From Myxococcota bacterium (lineage in GTDB: Bacteria > Myxococcota_A > SURF-8), in contig OZ223209.1 of the NCBI GenBank assembly GCA_965140415.1, forward strand, positions 4,864,001-4,928,000: a stretch of 64,000 bases of DNA, in the 5' to 3' direction. Positions 17,114 through 26,616 of the stretch are shown one piece after another. The translations under genes were made by a program, and so were the position numbers. Below the pieces are notes generated by a model that saw only the letters and a list, made by a program, of their open reading frames with translations, was not told the origin of the DNA and ran no database searches. Within the stretch, counting starts at the first letter, position 1. Each line of letters begins with the position of its first letter.

Positions 17114-19303
17114 TTAAAACTCAGCCGTTACTCGTAAGCGTGCCGTGGTTGGCTGCCCCGGTGTCACATGCAGGCCCACCAGTTCCTCGCCGTTGGGCTC
17201 GGGACGCGAGGGATAGGCATAGACGGAGTCATACCAGACGGCATTGAACAGATTTTCCACGGATAGCGTGACGCTGATCGGTTTATGCTCCCACCCCACC
17301 TGCACGTCCACGACGTAATAGGAATCCGACTCGTAACCCAAGTCGTGCGCGCGCGGTCCCAGAAACCGGCCCCGAATGGAACCACAGAATCCACTGGGAT
17401 GCCGCACGGCCAGCAGGTTGGTCATCAGCCATTCGGCCATGTTGGGGATCGGGTCGTCGGTGTCCACGAAACGCGCGTGCACGTAGTAGACATCCGTTCC
17501 CAGATACAACCATTCGACGGGGGAAATACGGAATTCGAAATCGGCTCCAAGACGGCGGCTCTTGCCGCGCGGGATGCTCGATCCGAATTCGCTGTCGAAT
17601 ACCGTTTCCGATTCTTTCTCGGCCCACCAGCCCGTCAACGCCAAGGTCAGCCGTCCCCCCCACAGTTTGACTCGGTTACCGACTTCGGCACTCATGATCA
17701 CCGGAATGGTGGAATCTTCTTCCCAGGCAAGTTGCCGTGCGTATACGCTTGTAAAGCCGCGACCGAAATTCAAGAACAGGTTCCAGGGTTTGACCGGCTG
17801 GAAGATCACGCTGACTTTGGGTGAAATCGCATACGCCATGGTGTCCATATTCGCCGCATCGTCATCGATAAAAGGTGTGATATTTCGGTAGATATCGAAT
17901 TCGCCATAGTGATCCTGGCTGCCATCGCCGTTGTAGAAAATGGAATCGAAACGCAAGCCAACGTTCACACGCACCCAGTCGGTCAGTTTCATGCGCTCAT
18001 CCACATACACGCCCAGCGACGTTTCATTGAAATCGTAGTGATTCATCAGGTTGAAGCGTTCACGGTTTTCCGTGTTCGCCTGCAACTGATCCACCCAGTC
18101 ACTACGCAGATTCAAACCGAATTCCGTGCTGAAATCCATCTCACCGAGAATGGCGAAATGACGAGCGTTGGCATTGACTCCCGCATAGTGGCGCTCGTCG
18201 CGCTGTTCGATCTGATCGCCCTTTTCTGGATTGAAGTAATAGAAACTGTAATTGCTCCATATCCGTGTATGCTTGTAATTGTAATAGCCCTGTACGCGGC
18301 CTCTCCATTTTTCCTTTTTCCAGTCGTAGGTCAAGCCGACCAAATGACGGTCCACATCCACCCGATTGGACTGATCCAGCGAATCGAAACGCGACACCTT
18401 GCCTTCTTTGATCCATTGCAAGGGCAGGATGTCCGCCGCTTCACTGCGCGCGGCATAACCAACGTACATCAAACGCAGTTCATTACCTTCTCCCAGATTG
18501 AACCGCTGATTCAGAAAACCGCGCGTAGACCAGGCATCACCCGGATTGGTGTAACCCGAGGTTCGTTCCGCCTGAATCACGAGATATGTATCGTGCCCCA
18601 GCCAGGACTGGTGCAGCCCTCCCTCGACTTCTCCGAAATCATCGCTGCCGCCGCCCACCGTCAGTGCATAATCGTAACCGGGATCGGTGTAGGGAATGTA
18701 GTCGATCACACCGGCAGTGGCGAAATTGCCATAGCGCGGATCGTAGGGACCGTCCATAACCGTAATCTTCTTGATCGTTTCCGGGATGATGAAATGCAGA
18801 TCCAGATATCCAGCGCCATGAACATGGCTGGTTTCGTTTAAGGGAATGCCGTCTAAAAACGCGACGACGTCCTGCCCGTGCTCGGCATCGAAACCGCGTA
18901 GAAAGATCTGATGCGCTTTGGCGCCACCGGTATGCTGGGTAATATGCAAACCCGGAATGAAACGCAGCAAATCGCTTGCGCTTTTTCGCGGATAGTTCAT
19001 GAAGTCTTTATTGCGCACCGTCATATCCGAAGCAGCGGACAGAGGCCGGTCCGCAATTACGGTTACTTCATCCAGTATCGTTCCGACTCCCGAGTTTTTA
19101 TCCGCAGGGGAATCAAACTCGCTGTCGTCGATTTCGGATTCCATTTCGTACACGGCGTCCTGTTGGACGTCGCTTTCAGGCACAGGCGAAGCACTTTCGC
19201 TGTTGCCAGTTTGCTGCTGGGCGACAGCGGAATTGATACCGGCAAATAAGAACATCCCTATCACGGCTGTACTTACGAACAAGAAAAGCGTTCTTGGTGT
19301 CAC
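17114..19303 (-). CDS. TonB-dependent outer-membrane receptor with His-rich plug
   Basis: TonB-box-like DEVTVIA; plug QHTGGAKAHQIFLRGFDAEHGQD...HVHGAGYLDL; GPYDPRYGNFATAG; GLRFD; ENLFN; C-terminal Phe. Confidence 0.9.
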   Translation of the reverse strand: MTPRTLFLFVSTAVIGMFLFAGINSAVAQQQTGNSESASPVPESDVQQDAVYEMESEIDDSEFDSPADKNSGVGTILDEVTVIADRPLSAASDMTVRNKDFMNYPRKSASDLLRFIPGLHITQHTGGAKAHQIFLRGFDAEHGQDVVAFLDGIPLNETSHVHGAGYLDLHFIIPETIKKITVMDGPYDPRYGNFATAGVIDYIPYTDPGYDYALTVGGGSDDFGEVEGGLHQSWLGHDTYLVIQAERTSGYTNPGDAWSTRGFLNQRFNLGEGNELRLMYVGYAARSEAADILPLQWIKEGKVSRFDSLDQSNRVDVDRHLVGLTYDWKKEKWRGRVQGYYNYKHTRIWSNYSFYYFNPEKGDQIEQRDERHYAGVNANARHFAILGEMDFSTEFGLNLRSDWVDQLQANTENRERFNLMNHYDFNETSLGVYVDERMKLTDWVRVNVGLRFDSIFYNGDGSQDHYGEFDIYRNITPFIDDDAANMDTMAYAISPKVSVIFQPVKPWNLFLNFGRGFTSVYARQLAWEEDSTIPVIMSAEVGNRVKLWGGRLTLALTGWWAEKESETVFDSEFGSSIPRGKSRRLGADFEFRISPVEWLYLGTDVYYVHARFVDTDDPIPNMAEWLMTNLLAVRHPSGFCGSIRGRFLGPRAHDLGYESDSYYVVDVQVGWEHKPISVTLSVENLFNAVWYDSVYAYPSRPEPNGEELVGLHVTPGQPTTARLRVTAEF

Positions 19304-19452
19304 GGTTCAGCCTCTGTAGCATGGGTTTGGAATTCGTGCTACCTATTTGGATATCATGCTACCGACAGAAAATGCAAGTCTTTGTTAAAAATTTCCAAGG
19401 AAAGTCCCCTGGTCGACTCTTGCTGTATGAATAGATTAAGCATTACTCATTA

Positions 19453-19491
19453 TTAGCAATGTCTTCAAGTAGCGGCGAGGCGTCCGCCTAC
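19453..19491. repeat. Truncated family C (GTAGCGGCGAG) element with its conserved flank, fused to a family B copy
   Basis: ttagcaatgtcttcaagtagcggcgaggcgt matches 3779-3809 with 3 mismatches. Confidence 0.7.
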
Positions 19492-19578
19492 GTGTGGCAT
19501 GGGCCAAGCGGAGAGAAACGAAGCTTGCCCATGTAGCCCTTGAACACGGGCAAACCTGCGGTTTAGCCCGCGCCACCC
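19492..19578. repeat. 87-bp nested-hairpin dispersed repeat, family B, copy 2
   Basis: gtgtggcatgggccaagc...gcttgcccatg..cacgggcaaac...gtttagcccgcgccaccc. Confidence 0.85.
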
Positions 19579-19684
19579 TGAAATCAACCCGCTTTTTCGG
19601 CAGGCTGATACCACGCCACTATGGCACAATCTCACAGTATTTGTGGCCATATATGACTAATACCTAGTCTGTTGTAAAAGACAA

Positions 19685-21079
19685 TCAGTGGGCGAAATCA
19701 CCGGCAGCGATCAGTTGCTGCATTTGCAGGATGATCGGATTGGAGGTGCGGCTTTGCTTAATTCGTTCGAGTGGAAAGGTGCGGAAATTGAAAAACTGGA
19801 TGATCTGCTCCAAGTCCGAAACCTGAAGTTGCGGCGACGCGAAGGGGAAAAGCAAGGGGTCCAGATCTTCCAAGGGACGCTCGGCCACCAGCTCCGGGTG
19901 TCGTTCGAATTCGACCGTTCCCGGAATCAGGGTGTAAATAAGCAGAGAGGTGGTCAAGCCCAATGAATACACGGATAGAATGTCTTTTAAGATGGACGTG
20001 CGCGTTTGCCAAGGCTGCCCGACCAGCAACACGCAAACCAGTTGCTCGTTTTTGAAACCGGCGCGTTTCAACGTATCGACCGCTTTCAATAGTTGCGTAA
20101 AACCGGTTGGCCGCCCGGTGCGCTTTCCCCATTCCTCATCCACGGTTTCCAACGCCAGGAACACTTCGCGAAAACCGGAACGGAACATGCGCTGGGCGAT
20201 GCGGTCGTTGATCAGGTTGGTTTGTACACCTTCGGGCGCTAAAAAGCGCAGCGGCAGGCCGCTCTCGATCAGGCCGTCCATCATCGGAATGAAATGACTT
20301 TCCGCCTTCAAGAGCAGGTTGGATTCCCAGAAGTGGTATTCCTGCACACCATGCTTTTTATAGGTGTCGTGTACCTCGCGGATAACGGACTCCGGGTCGC
20401 GGAAACGCATCTTGCGGCCTTCCAGCAGACTGACCGCGCAATAGGTACAGGCATTCGGGCAACCGACGGAGGTTTTGAGAATCGACGCTTCAATGTCCTG
20501 CCGCCCGGTGATTTCCAGATCGGGCGACACATCGTCCAGTTCAGGAAGATCGCCGACGTGCAGATCGTCCGCGCCACATTGAGCGGCTTTCTCCGGGCAC
20601 AGGGTCGGGTAGACGCCGCCCAAGTGAATCGTGGCATTGGGATGCGCCTTGCGGCACAGTTCCACCGTTTCATGCGTGGTCCGCCAACTCCAGGTAAAGA
20701 TGGACGACACATAGATATGATCCACATCCGACAGCGCACGAAGGCGGGCAGACAAGTCTTTCTGCGTCAATCCGATTCGATATACCGGCTTGCTGCGCCC
20801 TTCCACGGCGAAGTTTCCCATGGGCGCATCGCGCACCTTGCGTTCGGGACGCGCCAACTCCGCGACGTTATCCGCTTCGATTACCCGGCTTTGCGTACTT
20901 GGCAAAAAGGCGTCGATCAAGCTGACCCGATGTCCTTTCTGCTCGCGCAGATAACGCGCCAACCGCAACAGACCAAGCGGGAAATTGGTAGAGAAACTGG
21001 TGGTCCAGATCCGCAGCGCATCCGCCGTAGCATCGATCGGCGGATAGACGAGCACCGAATGCGGCTGACGTGTACTCAT
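19685..21079 (-). CDS. Cobalamin-binding radical SAM enzyme
   Basis: VLVYPP...PLGLLRLA...LGGVYPTL B12-binding domain; TSVGCPNACTYC (CX3CX2C); ATG 21079 with AAGGAG RBS. Confidence 0.85.
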   Translation of the reverse strand: MSTRQPHSVLVYPPIDATADALRIWTTSFSTNFPLGLLRLARYLREQKGHRVSLIDAFLPSTQSRVIEADNVAELARPERKVRDAPMGNFAVEGRSKPVYRIGLTQKDLSARLRALSDVDHIYVSSIFTWSWRTTHETVELCRKAHPNATIHLGGVYPTLCPEKAAQCGADDLHVGDLPELDDVSPDLEITGRQDIEASILKTSVGCPNACTYCAVSLLEGRKMRFRDPESVIREVHDTYKKHGVQEYHFWESNLLLKAESHFIPMMDGLIESGLPLRFLAPEGVQTNLINDRIAQRMFRSGFREVFLALETVDEEWGKRTGRPTGFTQLLKAVDTLKRAGFKNEQLVCVLLVGQPWQTRTSILKDILSVYSLGLTTSLLIYTLIPGTVEFERHPELVAERPLEDLDPLLFPFASPQLQVSDLEQIIQFFNFRTFPLERIKQSRTSNPIILQMQQLIAAGDFAH

Positions 21080-21160
21080 GCCGCCGCTCCTTCCGTTTTC
21101 CGGCAGTCGGCTACGCTGTTTCGGGCAACGCGGCAAAACAACTTGCTGTTATAGGATACG

Positions 21161-23968
21161 TTAAAATCCAACTTTGTACTCCAAGACGTCTTCCAGTTCC
21201 TCGCTGGTCCAGTTCATCTCGGCCCAGCCTTCCAACGAGTCGGGGGGAACGAAACCCAGTTCGCAGGCCATGTCGAATAACGGTGTGCCCGGATACGGCA
21301 CGTAGCGATTCAACCGCCAGAACCAGGCGTCGGGATTATCCCGCTTGATGGCTTGCGTCAATTCAACGGTAAGCTGGCGTTCCTCTTCCGTTTCGGTGGG
21401 AAAGCCCATCATGAAGATGTACTCGGGAACGATTCCCACACGCTTAAGTTTCACATTGGCATCCAGAATATCCTGGGCCGTGATTTTTTTGTTGATCATG
21501 GCGAGAATGCGATCCGAGCCGGACTCCGCGCCGATGTGCACGTGCCGCAAGCCGGAACGATGCAATAACGCCAAATCCTCTTCCGGCATCTTGTTGATAT
21601 CGCTGATGCGCATCGAGGCGGTCCATTCGACATCCAGCTTGCGCTGAACAATCAACTCCGCCATTTCTCGCGTTCGTTTGTGACTGACGAAGAAGTTGTC
21701 CTCGCAGATATTGATCTGCGTAACGCCACGCTTGGCAATACGCTCGATGTCATTCACGATGCGTTCGGCGCTCTGCCCGCGCCAGCGGCGTTGTTGAATG
21801 CGTGCGATGGCACAGAATGCGCAGTTATGCGGACACCCCCGGCTGGTATACATGGCCCACAACAGCCCGCGCTTTTCGTAGGCCGCGAGATCCACCAACT
21901 CATAGGGAACGGGAGGCAGGGTATCCATATCCAGATGCGGCCTGGCTTCGTTGTGAACGAGTTCCCCGTTCAAGCGCTTGAAGGAAAGCCCCAAAACGCC
22001 ATCCGGTTCTTCACCCCGCTTCAAACATTCCACATACTCTAAAAACGTCTCTTCCCCTTCGCCGCGCACCACGACATCGCAGAATGGGCTCTTCAGCGTT
22101 TGCTCCGGCAATAACGACGGATGCACGCCGCCCCACACGATCGGCAGATCGCCTTGCAGCGAACGGACGAAACGGGCGATCTCCAGTGCGTTTGCGATCT
22201 GGCGACTGATAAAAGACGAGATTCCCACACACAGCACACCGGCCTGCACCGCCTTGACGATTTCATCTTTCCATCGTGGCTCGATGCGCTGATCCACGAT
22301 TTTTACATGAAGGTTGTTTTCTTTTAGCGGTCCCGCAAGATGAAGCAGGGACATCGGCAGTTGCAGCACCGGATCGACGCTTTCGCAATCCGGGAAAACC
22401 AGCAATACATCCGGCTTTTGCTTGGGAGCCGGCATCGCATCCAACCAGCGCCGCGAAAATAGAACGCTGCGAAGCCCGATGCGGTTTCGTTCATCGGAAA
22501 AACAGGCGGCTTCCTTTGAGGCTTCCGTTGCTTTTGCGAAAGCGGCGCGCAGAATCATATGAACGCCCAGCTTCCGCAAGTCAACCACGGCGGTCTTGAT
22601 ACGCTCCCTGTCGTTGTCGTACAAGGTGACACGCACTTCAATTCCAGCCTGCACCAGACGCCGGATGCCCTCGATCTGCTGCGCCAAGGCATCGGGCACA
22701 CCGGAGATGCGCGCCAGAATTTCCGCATCGTACGCGAAGAGCGCCACTTCGGCCACATCCACCCCCGCCTTGTACAACGTTTCCGCAAGCTCCGAATCTT
22801 CCGCACAGGCACGCGCGTTGGTATGCACGATGACATTTGCCCGCGTAGCATCAGCCAGAGAAAGGATTTCCGTAATATCCTCTCGCAGCAACGGCTCGCC
22901 GCCAACCAGAACGAGATCCGGCGTTTCACGACCTTTCAACGCGTCGAGTTGAGAACGAATCTCATCGAACGGCTTTGAGGACTGCGCACGCACGGAACAG
23001 AACGAGCAAGCATGATTGCATCCTCCACCCAGATCGATTTGCGCGGGTTTCGGTCCCGGCACCAAGGCGCTCTGCTCTTCGATGCCGCGCAACATCTCTT
23101 TTGCAAACAGGCTGCTGCGCTGTGGGCAATCGCCCCGGTGGCAGTCGGAATTGAACAGCCGCGCTCGCGACATCCGATCCAGAATCAATTCGAACGGTTC
23201 CTCGCGCAGGTTGCCGTAACTGATCGGGATGAAATTACAGGGTTGCACCTCGCCATACGGCGACACGTAAATGGAGCCACCCACCACCGCTTTACAGTGA
23301 GTAAAGGTGCCGGTTTCCTCTTCCACGATATAAGTGAAGCCGTCGCCGGTAAGGGCGCGCACGCGGGCCATCTCTTCCGGGTCTAACAGGATGTCCTTGT
23401 CTTTCAGCCAGTTGCCGGAACGCATCGGAAAAGCAATGCGTATGCCTTGCGCACCGCCTTTTTTAGCGTGTTCGATAATCCCCTGTAACTCGCCGTTATC
23501 GACATAGCCCTTTACCGCACAGGTGGAAAGATGAAGCGACAAGCCCGCCTCGCGGCAAGCATCCATCGCCCGCATCACTCCCTTGAACGACCCCTTGGTG
23601 CGCTGAAAGGCATCGTGAGTTTCTTCGGAGGCTCCATCCAGACTGATGAACAGACGATACAAGCCGCGCTGTTTCAGTTCCGTTGCCATTTTCAGGTTGA
23701 TGTTCTGGCCGTTGCTGTCGGCGGTCACTTCCCTTGTCATCTGCGCGGCATAGGAAACCAGATCGAGGAAATCGCTGCGTAAGGTCGCTTCGCCACCGAA
23801 CAGGTTGATCGTGCGCGCGCCCAGATGAGCCGCGTTGCGGATCACCGCCTTGATTTCCCTGGTCGTCAGTTCCAGGCTGCGGTCGACCGGATATTGTCCG
23901 GCACTGCAATGCACGCAGTTGCACTGGCAGCGATAGGTGATGCCCATAATGAGCTTGGAAATTCTCAC
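21161..23968 (-). CDS. Triple radical SAM fusion: rSAM-SPASM/twitch + MoaA-like rSAM + cobalamin-binding rSAM
   Basis: Three CX3CX2C motifs: CQCNCVHC (23906-23929), CNHACSFC (22997-23020), CPHNCAFC (21812-21835). GGE motifs in domains 1 and 2; SPASM-like C...SPYGEVQPC...GN; B12 domain LPMSLLHLA, WGGVHPSLLP, RGEGE. GTG start with AAGGAG. Confidence 0.88.
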   Translation of the reverse strand: MRISKLIMGITYRCQCNCVHCSAGQYPVDRSLELTTREIKAVIRNAAHLGARTINLFGGEATLRSDFLDLVSYAAQMTREVTADSNGQNINLKMATELKQRGLYRLFISLDGASEETHDAFQRTKGSFKGVMRAMDACREAGLSLHLSTCAVKGYVDNGELQGIIEHAKKGGAQGIRIAFPMRSGNWLKDKDILLDPEEMARVRALTGDGFTYIVEEETGTFTHCKAVVGGSIYVSPYGEVQPCNFIPISYGNLREEPFELILDRMSRARLFNSDCHRGDCPQRSSLFAKEMLRGIEEQSALVPGPKPAQIDLGGGCNHACSFCSVRAQSSKPFDEIRSQLDALKGRETPDLVLVGGEPLLREDITEILSLADATRANVIVHTNARACAEDSELAETLYKAGVDVAEVALFAYDAEILARISGVPDALAQQIEGIRRLVQAGIEVRVTLYDNDRERIKTAVVDLRKLGVHMILRAAFAKATEASKEAACFSDERNRIGLRSVLFSRRWLDAMPAPKQKPDVLLVFPDCESVDPVLQLPMSLLHLAGPLKENNLHVKIVDQRIEPRWKDEIVKAVQAGVLCVGISSFISRQIANALEIARFVRSLQGDLPIVWGGVHPSLLPEQTLKSPFCDVVVRGEGEETFLEYVECLKRGEEPDGVLGLSFKRLNGELVHNEARPHLDMDTLPPVPYELVDLAAYEKRGLLWAMYTSRGCPHNCAFCAIARIQQRRWRGQSAERIVNDIERIAKRGVTQINICEDNFFVSHKRTREMAELIVQRKLDVEWTASMRISDINKMPEEDLALLHRSGLRHVHIGAESGSDRILAMINKKITAQDILDANVKLKRVGIVPEYIFMMGFPTETEEERQLTVELTQAIKRDNPDAWFWRLNRYVPYPGTPLFDMACELGFVPPDSLEGWAEMNWTSEELEDVLEYKVGF

Positions 23969-24008
23969 GTTCGGATTTCTCCTTCATCCAATCCGAAAGC
24001 CATGCGTT

Positions 24009-25076
24009 TCACGCAAAAGACAAGCGCCGCGCCTGCCGGATGTACTGTTCGATACGCGGGTTGGTCTGGCTCGTTTTAATCAATGACTGCGCCGCCCGTT
24101 CGGTCCAGATGGAAAAAGCCTGCAACCCGGAATGCTTGGGCCATTGCAGCACGTCATGCGCACGGCTTTGAATGCGCTCGGCATTGAGATCGTCGATCGA
24201 ACCCAGGATAAACTGATCGATCTCGTTGACGTTCTCCCGCCCTTCTGGCGCTTCGAACTCGCAGGGCGACATGCCGAAACTGCCGTCGGGGTAAAACTCC
24301 AATACCGACAACGCCAGCAGATCTTCCGGATAGGCGTGCTCCGCGCGATACAGCGCTTCGTTGATACCATCCAGGTATACATTCTTACCCGCCAGCACTT
24401 TCTTTACGATATCCGCAAATAAGCCTGTCAGTTGCTCGCGCAGCGCTTCGATCTGTTCCGCCGTCCAGCGATAGCGCACCAGTCCCGGTAAAAACTTGAC
24501 GACTTCAAATCCCATATCATCCGTTAAATAGCGGTACATCTCCCGCAGACGTTGCACCTCCTGCGGCAATACTACCGTAGCGGCGCAGACGTTCGCCGGA
24601 CCGACTTCCTTTAGCAGTTCTCTGGCGTTCTGTTGACGCCTATCGAAGGTCCGGCGGTGGTTGTCCGTCCAGAGACTTTCATCCATCAATTGCTGGCTGA
24701 TATCCAGGCTGAACACCACCTTGACCTGATGCGCTTTCAGTATCGCGCGCAAGTCGCGATCCAACAGAAAGCCATTGGTGTACAGATACAGTTCGATTTC
24801 TTTATTGCTGGCGGCTTTCTTTTCTCCGGCGTAGCGCAGCACTTCCATCATACCGGGCATCTGCACCGTCGGCTCGCCGCCGTAAATGGCGATCTTTTTC
24901 GATTCTCCGGCGCTATCCACCACGAAATCGATGGCTTTGCGCATGATCGCCGGGTCCATATCCTCATCGGTTTTACGCACGATGCAGAAACGGCAGTTCA
25001 CGTTGCAGCGCGTCGTGATCATCAGATACGCTTTCTCAACCAGAATGCGTTCGATTGTCGATTTGGATTGGACCAC
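24009..25076 (-). CDS. Radical SAM enzyme (AslB/anSME-like core, apparently lacking SPASM cysteines)
   Basis: ITTRCNVNCRFC, YGGEP, YTNG, FSLD. Confidence 0.85.
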   Translation of the reverse strand: MVQSKSTIERILVEKAYLMITTRCNVNCRFCIVRKTDEDMDPAIMRKAIDFVVDSAGESKKIAIYGGEPTVQMPGMMEVLRYAGEKKAASNKEIELYLYTNGFLLDRDLRAILKAHQVKVVFSLDISQQLMDESLWTDNHRRTFDRRQQNARELLKEVGPANVCAATVVLPQEVQRLREMYRYLTDDMGFEVVKFLPGLVRYRWTAEQIEALREQLTGLFADIVKKVLAGKNVYLDGINEALYRAEHAYPEDLLALSVLEFYPDGSFGMSPCEFEAPEGRENVNEIDQFILGSIDDLNAERIQSRAHDVLQWPKHSGLQAFSIWTERAAQSLIKTSQTNPRIEQYIRQARRLSFA

Positions 25077-25111
25077 CTGGGTTGCTTTCTCTTTCCGTGG
25101 CGTTGGTTCGC

Positions 25112-26401
25112 CTACAAGGCTTGATCGCCAAAGTTCTTACGTTGGATCTCCCCGGACAATTCCTGGGCGCGTTCGAAATAACTTTGGAAAACTTTCTTCG
25201 GCACCTGCTCGTCCAGCAACAGGGGATTCTCTACGCTTTTATAGCCGATGCGGCTGAAGTCCATGTCGTGCGTCACCTTGCCGCGCTCGAAAGCGATGTC
25301 CCAATATCCCGAACCCGGCCAGGGAGTGGCTACATAAACCCAGATGATACCATCGATATCCTGTTCGTAAAACCACTCCATGAACTTCAAAGTGTCTTTC
25401 ATGTCTTCTTCGGTTTCGGTTGGATTGCCTAAAATCACGCTACCCAACAGCTTGAAACCGTGATCTTTGGCGCGCAGGAAATTGTTCTTGTTGTTCTCCA
25501 CCCGCGCCTGAATGCCTTTCATGTACTTGATCAGCCGCTCGCTACCGCTTTCCACTCCCGGCAGCAGCACGTGAATGCCGATATCCTGCAAGGTTTGGTA
25601 TTCTTCGTCGCTGAACTGGCGATTGGCAGTGCGGATGAAGCAGGTGCAGTCGCGTAAACGAATGTCCTCCGCATACAACAGCTCACGCAATTTCTTTGTG
25701 TAACTCAAGAAATTTCCAAAGGAATCGTCCCAGATGTTGTAGCTTTCCACACCGGTTTCATCGAACATGGTGCGGATCTGCTGCATCAGGTTTTCCACCG
25801 GCATCATCCGAAACACCGGATCGAAACGCACGGAACTGCAAAAACGACAATTACGGAACGGACATCCCCTGGCGGAAAGCAGCGCCAAGCGCGAATCTTT
25901 TCGCCCTGTAAACTGCGACAGAAACGGGTAATGCGAATAATGCACGATAGGAATTTCTTCCGGCTTGAGGATGCGATCCGGTGTTAGCTTGTGATATTCG
26001 TTACTTGGACGCAGCGTGATTTCGTCGTTCACCAGTTGGCGAATGACCCGCTCCCCTTCTCCGGCAGCCATGAAATCGAACACTTCCGTGTCGTAACGAT
26101 CCAATAGCGTGGCATGTACGCCGCCGATAAAATACAGTTTGTCGGGGTAGGCTTGCTTCAATTGTCTGGCAAGCGCGCGAGCCGGTTCGTATTCATAGGT
26201 TACGGCGCTGAAACCGATGGCATCCGCCCAGGGCATGCACTGCTCGATATAGTCGCTGTCATCGGGATGAATCGCAATACGTAACTTATCGGGCTGATTG
26301 ACATAACTGGCGATGGACAACAGCGAATAAAGCATGTCGCCCTTATGCGGGTTTGCTACAATATCTTTAGCCACATTGGGCCGGATCAGCAATACATTCA
26401 T
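25112..26401 (-). CDS. Cobalamin-binding radical SAM enzyme (class B methyltransferase-like)
   Basis: VLLIRP, IGFSAVT, IGGVHATL, GEGE; SARGCPFRNCRFC (CX4CX2C variant); WDDSF; GVESGS; GNPTETEED; TPWPGS. Confidence 0.87.
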   Translation of the reverse strand: MNVLLIRPNVAKDIVANPHKGDMLYSLLSIASYVNQPDKLRIAIHPDDSDYIEQCMPWADAIGFSAVTYEYEPARALARQLKQAYPDKLYFIGGVHATLLDRYDTEVFDFMAAGEGERVIRQLVNDEITLRPSNEYHKLTPDRILKPEEIPIVHYSHYPFLSQFTGRKDSRLALLSARGCPFRNCRFCSSVRFDPVFRMMPVENLMQQIRTMFDETGVESYNIWDDSFGNFLSYTKKLRELLYAEDIRLRDCTCFIRTANRQFSDEEYQTLQDIGIHVLLPGVESGSERLIKYMKGIQARVENNKNNFLRAKDHGFKLLGSVILGNPTETEEDMKDTLKFMEWFYEQDIDGIIWVYVATPWPGSGYWDIAFERGKVTHDMDFSRIGYKSVENPLLLDEQVPKKVFQSYFERAQELSGEIQRKNFGDQAL

Positions 26402-26493
26402 CGTGCAGCCTCTGTCGCTTCAACTATTCGTAGCTGCACTGTACCCCATTCGCGAGCCTAGGTCAATCGGCCTTGCAGGGTTCGGAAACTATT

Positions 26494-26512
26494 GATAATG
26501 ATAGGCTTTTCT
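26494..26512. promoter_or_regulatory. Possible Fur/PerR-like box upstream of the radical SAM operon
   Basis: GATAATGATAggcttttct matches the first 10 nt of the Fur consensus; the second half is poor. Confidence 0.25.
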
Positions 26513-26527
26513 TGCTTCCAAGAGCGA

Positions 26528-26570
26528 AGAAAACACAAAGGCCGCAACGAAGTGCTCGCTGCGGCCTTTG
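26528..26570 (-). terminator. Intrinsic terminator after sodB
   Basis: Stem caaaggccgca/tgcggcctttg followed on the minus strand by tgttttctt. Confidence 0.7.
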
Positions 26571-26616
26571 GATTCGGTTTCACTTACCGTCGCATCGAAA
26601 CGACGGGATGTAGAAA

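Noticed and set aside
19430-19460. Fur/Zur box before the TonB receptor
   Set aside because: Weak match that overlaps the conserved flank of a repeat also present at 3771-3794.
19304-19684. RiPP precursor peptide for the radical SAM operon
   Set aside because: The small ORF here (19465-19650) is made largely of repeat sequence with no convincing RBS; none was found in 26402-26616 either.
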